Shown here piece by piece: positions 1 through 6,571 of a stretch of DNA of 11,861 nucleotides. Source of the DNA: a virus (lineage: Duplodnaviria; Heunggongvirae; Uroviricota; Caudoviricetes); the IMG/VR virus record IMGVR_UViG_2585427739_000006. The stretch is one strand, 5' to 3'. Below the pieces are notes generated by a model, which saw only the letters and a list, made by a program, of their open reading frames with translations, was not told the origin of the DNA and made no database searches. Made by a program: the position numbers and the translations under genes. The stretch's first letter is position 1; each line of letters starts with the position of its first letter.

Positions 1-283
1 TATGGCGACGCTGGGGCGTCTTATGAGCCTGCTGTCACCCTTTGACGTGGTGATATGGATGACGGATGGCTGGCCGCTGTATGAATCCCGCCTGAAGGGA
101 AAGCTGCACGTAATCAGCAAGCGATATACGCAGCGAATTGAGCGGCATAACCTGAATCTGAGGCAGCACCTGGCACGGCTGGGACGGAAGTCGCTGTCGT
201 TCTCAAAATCGGTGGAGCTGCATGACAAAGTCATCGGGCATTATCTGAACATAAAACACTATCAATAAGTTGGAGTCATTACC
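1..283 (+). mobile_element. IS1 insertion sequence, right-hand portion (window starts inside the element)
   Basis: ORF 2..268 encodes an InsB-type transposase C-terminus ending ...HYLNIKHYQ. Bases 261..283 (ATCAATAAGTTGGAGTCATTACC) match the IS1 terminal inverted repeat as I recall it. Recalled, not searched. Confidence 0.88.
2..268 (+). CDS. insB: IS1 transposase InsB, C-terminal 88 aa (5' end cut by window edge)
   Basis: Open frame running from the window edge to a stop at 266..268; the protein tail matches the IS1 InsB C-terminus from memory. Confidence 0.85.
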   Translation: MATLGRLMSLLSPFDVVIWMTDGWPLYESRLKGKLHVISKRYTQRIERHNLNLRQHLARLGRKSLSFSKSVELHDKVIGHYLNIKHYQ

Positions 284-312
284 CGATTTCTTTATCTCTT
301 ACATCAGACGAG

Positions 313-344
313 CGCCGGTTGCAGAATACCAGTCACAACCGGCG
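313..344. other. Perfect 9-bp inverted repeat (hairpin) between the exonuclease stop and the IS1 end
   Basis: CGCCGGTTG (313..321) pairs with CAACCGGCG (336..344) around a 14-nt loop. No flanking U-tract on either strand, so not a canonical intrinsic terminator. Confidence 0.4.
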
Positions 345-355
345 ACAGTTGAACA

Positions 356-2827
356 TTAAGAATCAGCCTGACTCGGGATCAGTTTTTGCCAGATAACTGA
401 AACGTATTTTGCCTGGTAACGGGCGTCATCAAGTGCATTATGGCGCTCACCTTCGAATGGAATAGCCGTTCTGGCATCGAAGTCTATGGCTTTCCCCAGC
501 TCAACGATTGTGCGTACATCGCGATCGTTGTAGTAACGCCACGGGCAGGGGATCCCCTGCCGTTCGTATGAACGGCGCAAAATCGTGTTGTCGAAGTTGG
601 CTCCATTTCCCCAGACCTGAACAAAAAATTCACCGGAGTTTTCGTCGATAAATTCCCGCAATTGTAACAGTGCATCATCTAACGGGATTTCATCGGTCAT
701 AATGGCAGATTGCGCTTCGCGTGATTGCTTAAGCCACCATTTAATGGTGTTCCGATCAATGACTCCGCCAGCAGTTTCCAGATCGATAGTCTTACTAAAT
801 TCCGGTCCCATATCTCCGGTTTGCGGATCGAAAAATATTGCACCTATTGAGATGATCGGGGCATCAGGATTTTTTCCCATGGTTTCAAGGTCGATCATTA
901 GATGGTCACACGTCCTGCTGGTGGATGTGATTTCGTGATGACCGTTCACCTTAATTGAGTGATCTGCCGTCTCGCCAGTTTCATTATCGCTATTGTGATG
1001 CTGATTGCCGCCAGTGTTCTCCTTGTGTGGATGTTCAGCGCCTTCCATTTCCTCCGGATCATCTTCCTGAACTTCAACCTGATATTCTTCATCGAATGTT
1101 TCTTGATATGTTGCGTCGCCCATCACCGCGCCACAATCAGGGCAGTTGCCGCCGCCGGTCTGACCGCAGGCGGTGCAGACTTTTTCCACTTCCTGTTGCG
1201 CCACTGGTTCAGGCTGTTTCGTTTCTGGCTCGTTTTGTAACGCATTTGTGCTGTTTTGTTCCGCTTTTTGGTAGTTCCGTTCCGATTCATGCTGGTTCTG
1301 GTTCACAGAATCGCGGGTCTGGATCCCCTTAACCCATTTCGGATCATTCGGGTCACTAATCCCTTCAACAAATTCACCACGTGATGCAGCAAGCAACTTA
1401 TCGGCGTCAGGCTGGCTGATATTGGCTGCCTGCATAATTTTGTTTACTTCGTCAGCGGTAACTTTTATCGGCTCTGGTTGTTCTGAATCTTCAGCGGTAT
1501 CTACATTTTGCGGTAAGCCCGTGTATGTGCCATTTTTTCGGGCAAAATATTCTTCTTTTGTGATTTCAGTGGCGCCAGCAGCCAGTGCCTTATCCAGACC
1601 AGAAAGTTTGTTTGCGCGACCGTATTTTTCTCCGTCCTTATCTGCGAAGAGGAAATAGAACGGCCCCTCACGCTCTACAGATGGTTCAGCTTCCGGCGCG
1701 GTTTCATTTTTTGGGATATCAGATACCTCAGTTTCCACTGCATCAGTTTGTGTTTCTGATGACTGGAGAACATCAACAGTGCCCAGGTCTGTTTCTTCAT
1801 TCTCAAACACGCCCTTTGTCGTCAGGTATTCGCAGATATATTTGTTCAGTGCTATGGGATCTTTGTGAATGTCGATCGGACGCTCACGGACAAGGCCAAA
1901 AATAGTCTGGCGGTCGTAGCGAAGGGCATCAGGCTGTTTGCGCATTGATGCCGAGATACGCTTCCAGTCTTCGCGGTCGTTGTCGATAACTTCATTTTTT
2001 GCCCAGCGATGGATGCTGCCGTCAATGTTTCCGGCATCCACATCACCAGGCCAGAGAGCGTAGGCCAGTTCGTCATCCAGTGTTTTCCATGTCTGCTTGT
2101 ATTCGCGATGAATGGCAGCAATGACCAGGCTGATTTTTCCTGTTGAATTTTCAGTGTGCTGTTGATTGACTCTGGCGCGGGCGAGATCAACAACAGACGT
2201 GTATTTTCCGGTTTCCTTGCGTTCACCTTCGCGACGTTTTTTCCAGATGCGCATCTCTGCCTGAATTTCGGGCCATTTAGCACCAGGAATACATTTATGC
2301 TTAACCCACCCAATGGCGTGCAACTTAAGCTCCGGATACATGGCGTTAACTTCTGGCATTTTCATCAACGCTTCAACGATATGTCCGTCGAATGTTGCCA
2401 TGTCTTCCTGCAACAATTCCTGTGCGCTAATAACCATATCAACGGTGATGTTTTCACATGTGTCGAACTTAACCATGACAGCGTTCTGTACTTCAGGGGC
2501 CAGCTTGTCAAAAGTGACGTTCATCGGATCGGATTCAGTCTCAACCGGGACAAAAGAAGCAGACTCCTCATCCCAGCGGTTTTCCTGCATATATTCAGCA
2601 TCCCATGAATCGAGGGCAGGGCGGGGTATGCCAGGTTTATCCTCGCAGACAATAAATTTATAAGCGCAGTCCTGAGCAGCCGGATAATGTTCCAGGAACT
2701 GCCAGTGAAATTTTGCTCGAGCACGGCGTTCGTCGCCAGCTTCAATGGCTGTGGCTACAGCCACAGCGCCTTCTTCCCTTGTTGCCAGTTCGTCAGGAAT
2801 AGCGGCGCAAATAAAGACTTTACTCAT
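356..2827 (-). CDS. Large phage-type exonuclease (823 aa): unknown N-terminal/central region, CxxC-x7-CxxC zinc ribbon, acidic/His-rich linker, C-terminal DEDDh (DnaQ-like) 3'-5' exonuclease domain
   Basis: Uninterrupted 2.47-kb ORF with ATG at 2827 and a GAGG about 10 nt upstream. The last ~185 aa (nt ~359..913) carry Exo I MIDLETMG, Exo II VWGNGANFDNTIL and Exo III HNALDDARY motifs. Zinc ribbon CTACGQTGGGNCPDCG maps to nt 1133..1177. It sits at the position of ydfE downstream of ydfD in the Qin arrangement as I recall it. Confidence 0.8.
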   Translation of the reverse strand: MSKVFICAAIPDELATREEGAVAVATAIEAGDERRARAKFHWQFLEHYPAAQDCAYKFIVCEDKPGIPRPALDSWDAEYMQENRWDEESASFVPVETESDPMNVTFDKLAPEVQNAVMVKFDTCENITVDMVISAQELLQEDMATFDGHIVEALMKMPEVNAMYPELKLHAIGWVKHKCIPGAKWPEIQAEMRIWKKRREGERKETGKYTSVVDLARARVNQQHTENSTGKISLVIAAIHREYKQTWKTLDDELAYALWPGDVDAGNIDGSIHRWAKNEVIDNDREDWKRISASMRKQPDALRYDRQTIFGLVRERPIDIHKDPIALNKYICEYLTTKGVFENEETDLGTVDVLQSSETQTDAVETEVSDIPKNETAPEAEPSVEREGPFYFLFADKDGEKYGRANKLSGLDKALAAGATEITKEEYFARKNGTYTGLPQNVDTAEDSEQPEPIKVTADEVNKIMQAANISQPDADKLLAASRGEFVEGISDPNDPKWVKGIQTRDSVNQNQHESERNYQKAEQNSTNALQNEPETKQPEPVAQQEVEKVCTACGQTGGGNCPDCGAVMGDATYQETFDEEYQVEVQEDDPEEMEGAEHPHKENTGGNQHHNSDNETGETADHSIKVNGHHEITSTSRTCDHLMIDLETMGKNPDAPIISIGAIFFDPQTGDMGPEFSKTIDLETAGGVIDRNTIKWWLKQSREAQSAIMTDEIPLDDALLQLREFIDENSGEFFVQVWGNGANFDNTILRRSYERQGIPCPWRYYNDRDVRTIVELGKAIDFDARTAIPFEGERHNALDDARYQAKYVSVIWQKLIPSQADS

Positions 2828-2920
2828 TTTGTTTTAACCTCATGACAGATTTAAGGATGAACAAATCCCTGCCATTGCTGGCATATAAGAATGAAACCGG
2901 ATATTTATTACGGAACTGTT

Positions 2921-3112
2921 TTAAAGACCTGCCGGGATTTCGATATTATCCTGGTGAATAACTTTATCGACCGGGTAACAGTTACCGGGAATTTTCTGTT
3001 CGGTTGCTGCAGTCATACACTCCTGCATTGTCCTGTGAACACTGACTGCAATATCAACTGGCTCTCCGGAAACAAGAAAAACTGTCAGAACAAGCGCAAA
3101 TGCTGAATTCAT
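2921..3112 (-). CDS. ydfD: YdfD-like small membrane/lysis protein (63 aa) with N-terminal hydrophobic segment
   Basis: ATG at 3112 with AAGGA 8 nt upstream; protein MNSAFALVLTVFLVSGEPVD... matches my recollection of Qin YdfD. Its start overlaps the dicB stop in an ATGA arrangement. The ORF-track start at 3166 lacks a ribosome-binding site. Confidence 0.6.
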   Translation of the reverse strand: MNSAFALVLTVFLVSGEPVDIAVSVHRTMQECMTAATEQKIPGNCYPVDKVIHQDNIEIPAGL

Positions 3113-3297
3113 TGTGCACATCCTTTTGGCATCAGACGTAAACGAGCCAGCATTGAAACAATGCATATTTTATTTAATAGCTCCCGTTCTTGTTTTCTCT
3201 TGTTAATGGCATCTTCAGTAAATACAGGGTTACTGATAGTGACACCAATTTCAAAACAACCTTCAGACGTATTAACGTTTGGTAATAACGTTTTCAT
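3109..3297 (-). CDS. dicB: DicB cell-division inhibitor (62 aa)
   Basis: ATG at 3297 with GAGGA 7 nt upstream; translation MKTLLPNVNTSEGCFEIGVTISNPVFTEDAINKRKQERELLNKICIVSMLARLRLMPKGCAQ matches E. coli K-12 DicB as I recall it. The longer 97-aa ORF-track version has no ribosome-binding site. Confidence 0.75.
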   Translation of the reverse strand: MKTLLPNVNTSEGCFEIGVTISNPVFTEDAINKRKQERELLNKICIVSMLARLRLMPKGCAQ

Positions 3298-3466
3298 TAT
3301 CGCGTCCTCAACAATGAATTTTGTGATGCAGTGCCTGGTGCCTCCAGGTGACGTTAACCAGTTAACAATTAACGCCGGATACAGAGAATCCACCCATAAC
3401 ACTGTTTTTGGTTTTAACTGTTCCGCGTGCGCTTAGCCGCATTCACCGCATCACAAAATTCACTTT

Positions 3467-3524
3467 AAAAACGGCGGCAGAGCAGTCACGGAGTAAAACT
3501 GATACCGCCAAACGTCACCAGAAA
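3467..3524 (-). ncRNA. dicF: DicF small RNA (ftsZ-targeting sRNA of the dicB operon), 53 nt plus 3' U-run
   Basis: Minus-strand sequence TTTCTGGTGACGTTTGGCGGTATCAGTTTTACTCCGTGACTGCTCTGCCGCCG followed by TTTTT. This agrees at 52 of 53 positions with the K-12 DicF sequence as I remember it, and it lies immediately upstream of dicB as in Qin. Confidence 0.75.
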
Positions 3525-3643
3525 ATTGATAACAGAGGGCGTTGCAGCGGGGTTGTCACTTAAGCGTATGGTCAACCTGACAACTCGGTGTCCTCAACGG
3601 GGAAGAAATACCCCCGCCATACTTACCGCCGCGCCATTTCGCG

Positions 3644-3720
3644 GGTTGCCACAACCGGAAGCGCACGGTCGAATTAAATTTAACGACACCGTACAGTGAG
3701 ACGAACTTCGCCGTGCGCTT
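3644..3720 (-). promoter_or_regulatory. Structured untranslated leader upstream of dicF: 10-bp perfect inverted repeat with nested palindromes (candidate RNA processing or regulatory structure)
   Basis: AAGCGCACGG (3659..3668) pairs with CCGTGCGCTT (3711..3720) around a 42-nt loop that itself contains GTCG/CGAC flanking the palindrome TTAAATTTAA (3674..3683). A small GGTTG/CAACC hairpin lies at 3644..3656. No convincing ORF in 3525..3799 on the minus strand. Confidence 0.3.
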
Positions 3721-3799
3721 TCGTGTTGTGTGCCTGCTTTTAACCACGTCAGGCGAGGTGGTATCCTTCTTATTCCGAATAACCAAGAAGGAAATCTAT

Positions 3800-4000
3800 A
3801 TGACTAAAGAAGAATTTGTCTCTTATATTTTTGATAAAACGGTTGAAATGTATGCCGCTACTTACGGGTCCTGTAATCCTCTGAATAAACCAGAGGGGAA
3901 AGATGATTTCGACAAAATTTACCGCTTCTTGGAGGACCGCTATATCAAAAGGTTAGAGGACGCAGGGATCAAATCCCCAGTGAAGTCACCATTGTCCTGA
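3800..4000 (+). CDS. Hypothetical protein, 66 aa, AT-rich gene antisense to the leftward operon
   Basis: ATG at 3800 preceded by AAGGA with a 7-nt spacer; first 100 bp are about 37% GC. No recognisable motif. Its 3' end overlaps the convergent 121-aa gene by 32 bp. Confidence 0.45.
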   Translation: MTKEEFVSYIFDKTVEMYAATYGSCNPLNKPEGKDDFDKIYRFLEDRYIKRLEDAGIKSPVKSPLS

Positions 4001-4334
4001 GAACTTGCAGGACGTCATGATCGTAACTTCCATCCAAACCGCGACGGCAAATTGCTTCTCGTATTACCGGAAGCAGTTCGCTGGAAATCTCGGTGCATAT
4101 TTCACCTGCTAATACGCCTGGCTCAAGTGAGAATATTGGTGAACTTACGGTCTTGGTCTCGACAGTTTCAGAGTCAGTGCCAACATTATAAAGCTCAACG
4201 AAAGCGGTCTTGATTTTCCGGGCCAGATCTTTTGCTGGCTCGCTTGCAATATCTTTCCCGATTTCTCGCAGCACAGAATGCAATGTATGAGCTGCTGTTT
4301 TCTGTACATCAGACGGTAAATCTTTAAATTCCAT
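3969..4334 (-). CDS. Hypothetical protein, 121 aa, at the position where a cI/DicA-type repressor would be expected
   Basis: ATG at 4334 with GAGG 6 nt upstream (the ORF-track start at 4346 has none). No obvious helix-turn-helix. Divergent from the rightward operon across a 212-bp intergenic region. Confidence 0.5.
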   Translation of the reverse strand: MEFKDLPSDVQKTAAHTLHSVLREIGKDIASEPAKDLARKIKTAFVELYNVGTDSETVETKTVSSPIFSLEPGVLAGEICTEISSELLPVIREAICRRGLDGSYDHDVLQVLRTMVTSLGI

Positions 4335-4546
4335 CGTCAGCCTCATCAGTCAGTGTTTCTGGCTAACCAGCAACGCGCGCCAGATTCGGTTTTAAACGTT
4401 TTGCTTTTGGTATATGTCATCGCGGTGAACGTACCGTCCTGGTTGGGGAACACGCCACATACAGGAGGCATCTGGCGGCGAGCTTCTGTATGATCCCAAG
4501 GTTTATGACGAATATCGTAAGACGAAGCGGGCGGGGCGGTTGAACA

Positions 4547-5068
4547 ATGAAAATCACTCCTGAACAGGCTCGTGAGGCTCTGGATGCCTGGATATGTCGA
4601 CCAGGAATGACACAGGAGCAGGCGACGATATTAATCACTGAAGCATTCTGGGCTTTGAAAGAGCGCCCGAACATCGATGTTCAGCGTGTCACAGATGAAG
4701 GTGGCGCGGTTGATCAGCGAGCGCTTGGCGTTAATCGAGTGAAGATATTCGAACGCTGGAAGGCTATCGACACTAGGGATAAGCGTGAAAAGTTCACGGC
4801 GCTAGTGCCTGCAATTATGGAGGCTATCCGGATTAATGATTTCAGGTTGTATCGTGAAATTAGTGACGGAAAAAGCATCACGTACATGATCGCCGGGTTA
4901 AACAAAGAATATGGCGATGTGGTGGAGTCCGGACTGCTTTTTGCTGATCCTGCCGTAGTGGATCGTGAAACTGACGAACTTATAGAAAAAGCAATTGCTT
5001 TCAAACTTGCGTATCGACAGCAATACCAACAAAAAGCTGGATGGAATTATGAGCCTTCTTTTTGCTGA
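4547..5068 (+). CDS. YdaT-like protein (173 aa), possible CII-analogous regulator; first gene of the rightward operon
   Basis: ATG at 4547 directly after an in-frame TGA. The segment ...RWKAIDTRDKREKFTALVPAIMEAIR... resembles what I recall of the Rac/CP-933P YdaT family. Assignment is from memory and tentative. Confidence 0.55.
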   Translation: MKITPEQAREALDAWICRPGMTQEQATILITEAFWALKERPNIDVQRVTDEGGAVDQRALGVNRVKIFERWKAIDTRDKREKFTALVPAIMEAIRINDFRLYREISDGKSITYMIAGLNKEYGDVVESGLLFADPAVVDRETDELIEKAIAFKLAYRQQYQQKAGWNYEPSFC

Positions 5069-6014
5069 ACGCCCACTGGTTATAAACACACAGCTTGCGA
5101 TGAAGATTGGCTTAAATGAAGCCATTGTGTTGCAGCAGTTGCATTACTGGTTGAGAGATACCAATTCCGGCATGGAATGTGATGGTGTTCGCTGGATTTA
5201 CAACACAACGGAACAATGGCTGGAACAGTTCCCATTCTGGTCAGAGTCAACGTTAAAGCGCGCGTTTGCAAGTCTGAAAACGCTGGGGCTTTTGCGTTGT
5301 GAAAAGCTCAATAAATCAAAGCGCGATATGACCAATTTCTACACGATCAACTATGGGAACGAGCTTTTAGATGGTGGCAAATTGAACGAATCCATCGGTT
5401 CAAAATGCGCCGCTCCATCAGGTCAAAATGACACGATGGAAGAGGTCAAAATGAAACGCTCCATTGGTTCAAAACGACCCAATGTCATCGGGTCAAAATG
5501 GCCTGATGATCTTACAGAGAATACAACAGAGATTACTACAGAGAATAAAAACACTTTTCGTCCGGAAGCTTCGCAACCGGACCCGCAGACCGCTGAACAG
5601 GATTTTTTAATCCGGAACCCCGACGCGGTTGTGTTTAGTGCGAAAAAACGCCAGTGGGGTAGCAGGGAGGATTTGGCGTGTGCGCAGTGGATTTGGGGGC
5701 GGATCGTGAACCTTTACGAACAGACTGCCAGCGACGATGGAGAGATCATGCGACCAAAAGAGCCTAACTGGACAGCCTGGGCCAATGACGTGCGCACAAT
5801 GCGGATGCTGGATGGCAGAAGCCACAGACAAATTTGCGAAATGTTTGGTCGGGTACAGCGAGATCCATTCTGGGTAAAAAACATCATGAGCCCGTCAAAA
5901 CTCCGCGAAAAATGGGACGAACTGGTCATCCGCTTGGGACGTTCACCTGTACAGCGTTGTGTGAATCATATTTCTGAACCGGATACAGAAATTCCGCCTG
6001 GTTTCAGGGGATAA
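5049..6014 (+). CDS. Replication initiator, lambda O-like (origin-binding), about 321 aa
   Basis: Long ORF containing the iteron array in its middle, as in lambda O, where ori lies inside the gene. Start is uncertain: ATG 5049 has a weak ribosome-binding site; TTG 4995 and ATG 5100 are alternatives. Overlaps the upstream gene by 20 nt. Confidence 0.7.
   Translation: MSLLFAERPLVINTQLAMKIGLNEAIVLQQLHYWLRDTNSGMECDGVRWIYNTTEQWLEQFPFWSESTLKRAFASLKTLGLLRCEKLNKSKRDMTNFYTINYGNELLDGGKLNESIGSKCAAPSGQNDTMEEVKMKRSIGSKRPNVIGSKWPDDLTENTTEITTENKNTFRPEASQPDPQTAEQDFLIRNPDAVVFSAKKRQWGSREDLACAQWIWGRIVNLYEQTASDDGEIMRPKEPNWTAWANDVRTMRMLDGRSHRQICEMFGRVQRDPFWVKNIMSPSKLREKWDELVIRLGRSPVQRCVNHISEPDTEIPPGFRG
5392..5501. 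repeat. Origin iterons: five direct repeats at 23-24 bp spacing
   Basis: TCCATCGGTTCAAAATG (5392..5408), TCCATCAGGTCAAAATG (5415..5431), AGAGGTCAAAATG (5442..5454), TCCATTGGTTCAAAACG (5461..5477), TCATCGGGTCAAAATG (5486..5501). Core GGT(T)CAAAA(T/C)G ends at 5408, 5431, 5454, 5477 and 5501. Confidence 0.78.
5515..5550. repeat. AT-rich block of three 12-bp direct repeats adjacent to the iterons (candidate DNA-unwinding element of ori)
   Basis: ACAGAGAATACA / ACAGAGATTACT / ACAGAGAATAAA in tandem, immediately after the iteron array. Mirrors the iteron-plus-AT-rich layout of lambdoid origins. Confidence 0.55.
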
Positions 6015-6054
6015 GTGTTGATTTCAGGTCATGAGGTAATTTTAAGGAGGACTT

Positions 6055-6453
6055 GTGGCAAAAGTTTTTACACAGGAAGAGCGGGAAAAAATTAAAGAGC
6101 AGGTGGTCGAACTTGTGCGCCAGAGCGGTCGCGAGACATTACGACAGTTGGAAGCTAAAACAGGTGCGACAAGATATCTGATGAGCATTCTTGCCAGAGA
6201 GCTGGTTGCCAGTGGTTATGTATACAACTCCGGCTACGGGTTATTCCCGTCTGAACAGGCACGAAAGGACTGGCAAAATGCCCGCAAAAAACTCTCTAGG
6301 GCGAAGGTGAAGAAACCCGCTGTGGTTGATCCGGACCTTATCTGGTCACTACCTGATGGAGAAATACGTCGCTACGACAGTCGTCTAAACATAATCTGTC
6401 GCGAGTGCCGGAAGAGCGAAGTTATGCAGCGCATACTGGCATTTTATCAGTGA
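6055..6453 (+). CDS. Hypothetical protein, 132 aa, possibly a winged-helix DNA-binding protein
   Basis: GTG start at 6055 with AAGGAGG at 6044..6050 (short 4-nt spacer). The segment ETLRQLEAKTGATRYLMSILARELVASGYV looks helix-turn-helix-like. No family recognised. Confidence 0.55.
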   Translation: MAKVFTQEEREKIKEQVVELVRQSGRETLRQLEAKTGATRYLMSILARELVASGYVYNSGYGLFPSEQARKDWQNARKKLSRAKVKKPAVVDPDLIWSLPDGEIRRYDSRLNIICRECRKSEVMQRILAFYQ

Positions 6454-6545
6454 AATTTTCGTTATTTATAGACGTAACTAGATTAAAGAGCATTAGTTCA
6501 GATGTGAATTGACATTTTCACGGCACAGGATTGAGCTAGCGTGGT

Positions 6546-6571
6546 TGTCTGCTTTGCGTCAAAAGCAGATA
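6546..6571. other. Hairpin in the 181-bp intergenic region, with a nearby consensus -35 hexamer
   Basis: TCTGCTTT (6548..6555) pairs with AAAGCAGA (6562..6569) around a 6-nt loop, with no U-tract after it. TTGACA lies at 6509..6514 but no good -10 follows at 16-18 bp. Confidence 0.3.

Noticed and set aside
484-2663. Multiple 60-150 aa ORFs on both strands inside the exonuclease gene (for example 702..938, 955..1332, 1852..2313, 2156..2608)
   Set aside because: All are nested within or antisense to a long ORF that has clear conserved catalytic motifs. They lack ribosome-binding sites and look like low-complexity frame artefacts.
2891-3436. + strand ORFs 2891..3106 and 3161..3436 opposite ydfD and dicB
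   Set aside because: Antisense to the recognisable dicB and ydfD genes, with no ribosome-binding sites.
3556-3786. 76-aa minus-strand ORF upstream of dicF, considered as a ydfC equivalent
   Set aside because: It has no ATG; the only start is a TTG at the extreme 5' end overlapping the opposite gene's ribosome-binding site. The translation is highly basic and low-complexity. The region is better explained as a structured leader.
3400-3800. Possible tRNA gene in the ORF-free region
   Set aside because: No T-loop (GTTCGAATC-like) or cloverleaf-compatible arrangement was found; the region is explained by DicF and leader hairpins.
4355-4429. 24-aa minus-strand ORF (MTYTKSKTFKTESGARCWLARNTD) upstream of the 121-aa gene
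   Set aside because: Too short to support without conservation or ribosome-binding-site evidence; it could be a leader peptide but that is unsupported.
4335-4546. Search for a cro-like small helix-turn-helix gene in the divergent intergenic region
   Set aside because: Translating all three + frames gave only 17-22 aa peptides with no suitably spaced ribosome-binding site. The AGGAGG at 4463..4468 is 21 nt from the nearest ATG.
4417-5125. Minus-strand ORFs 4417..4674, 4714..5004 and 4898..5125 overlapping the YdaT-like and initiator genes
   Set aside because: Antisense to better-supported genes, with no ribosome-binding sites and low-complexity translations.
5392-5501. Iteron array considered as a CRISPR array
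   Set aside because: Repeats are about 17 bp at 23-bp spacing with almost no spacers, lie inside a protein-coding gene and are followed by an AT-rich block, which is the signature of a replication origin.
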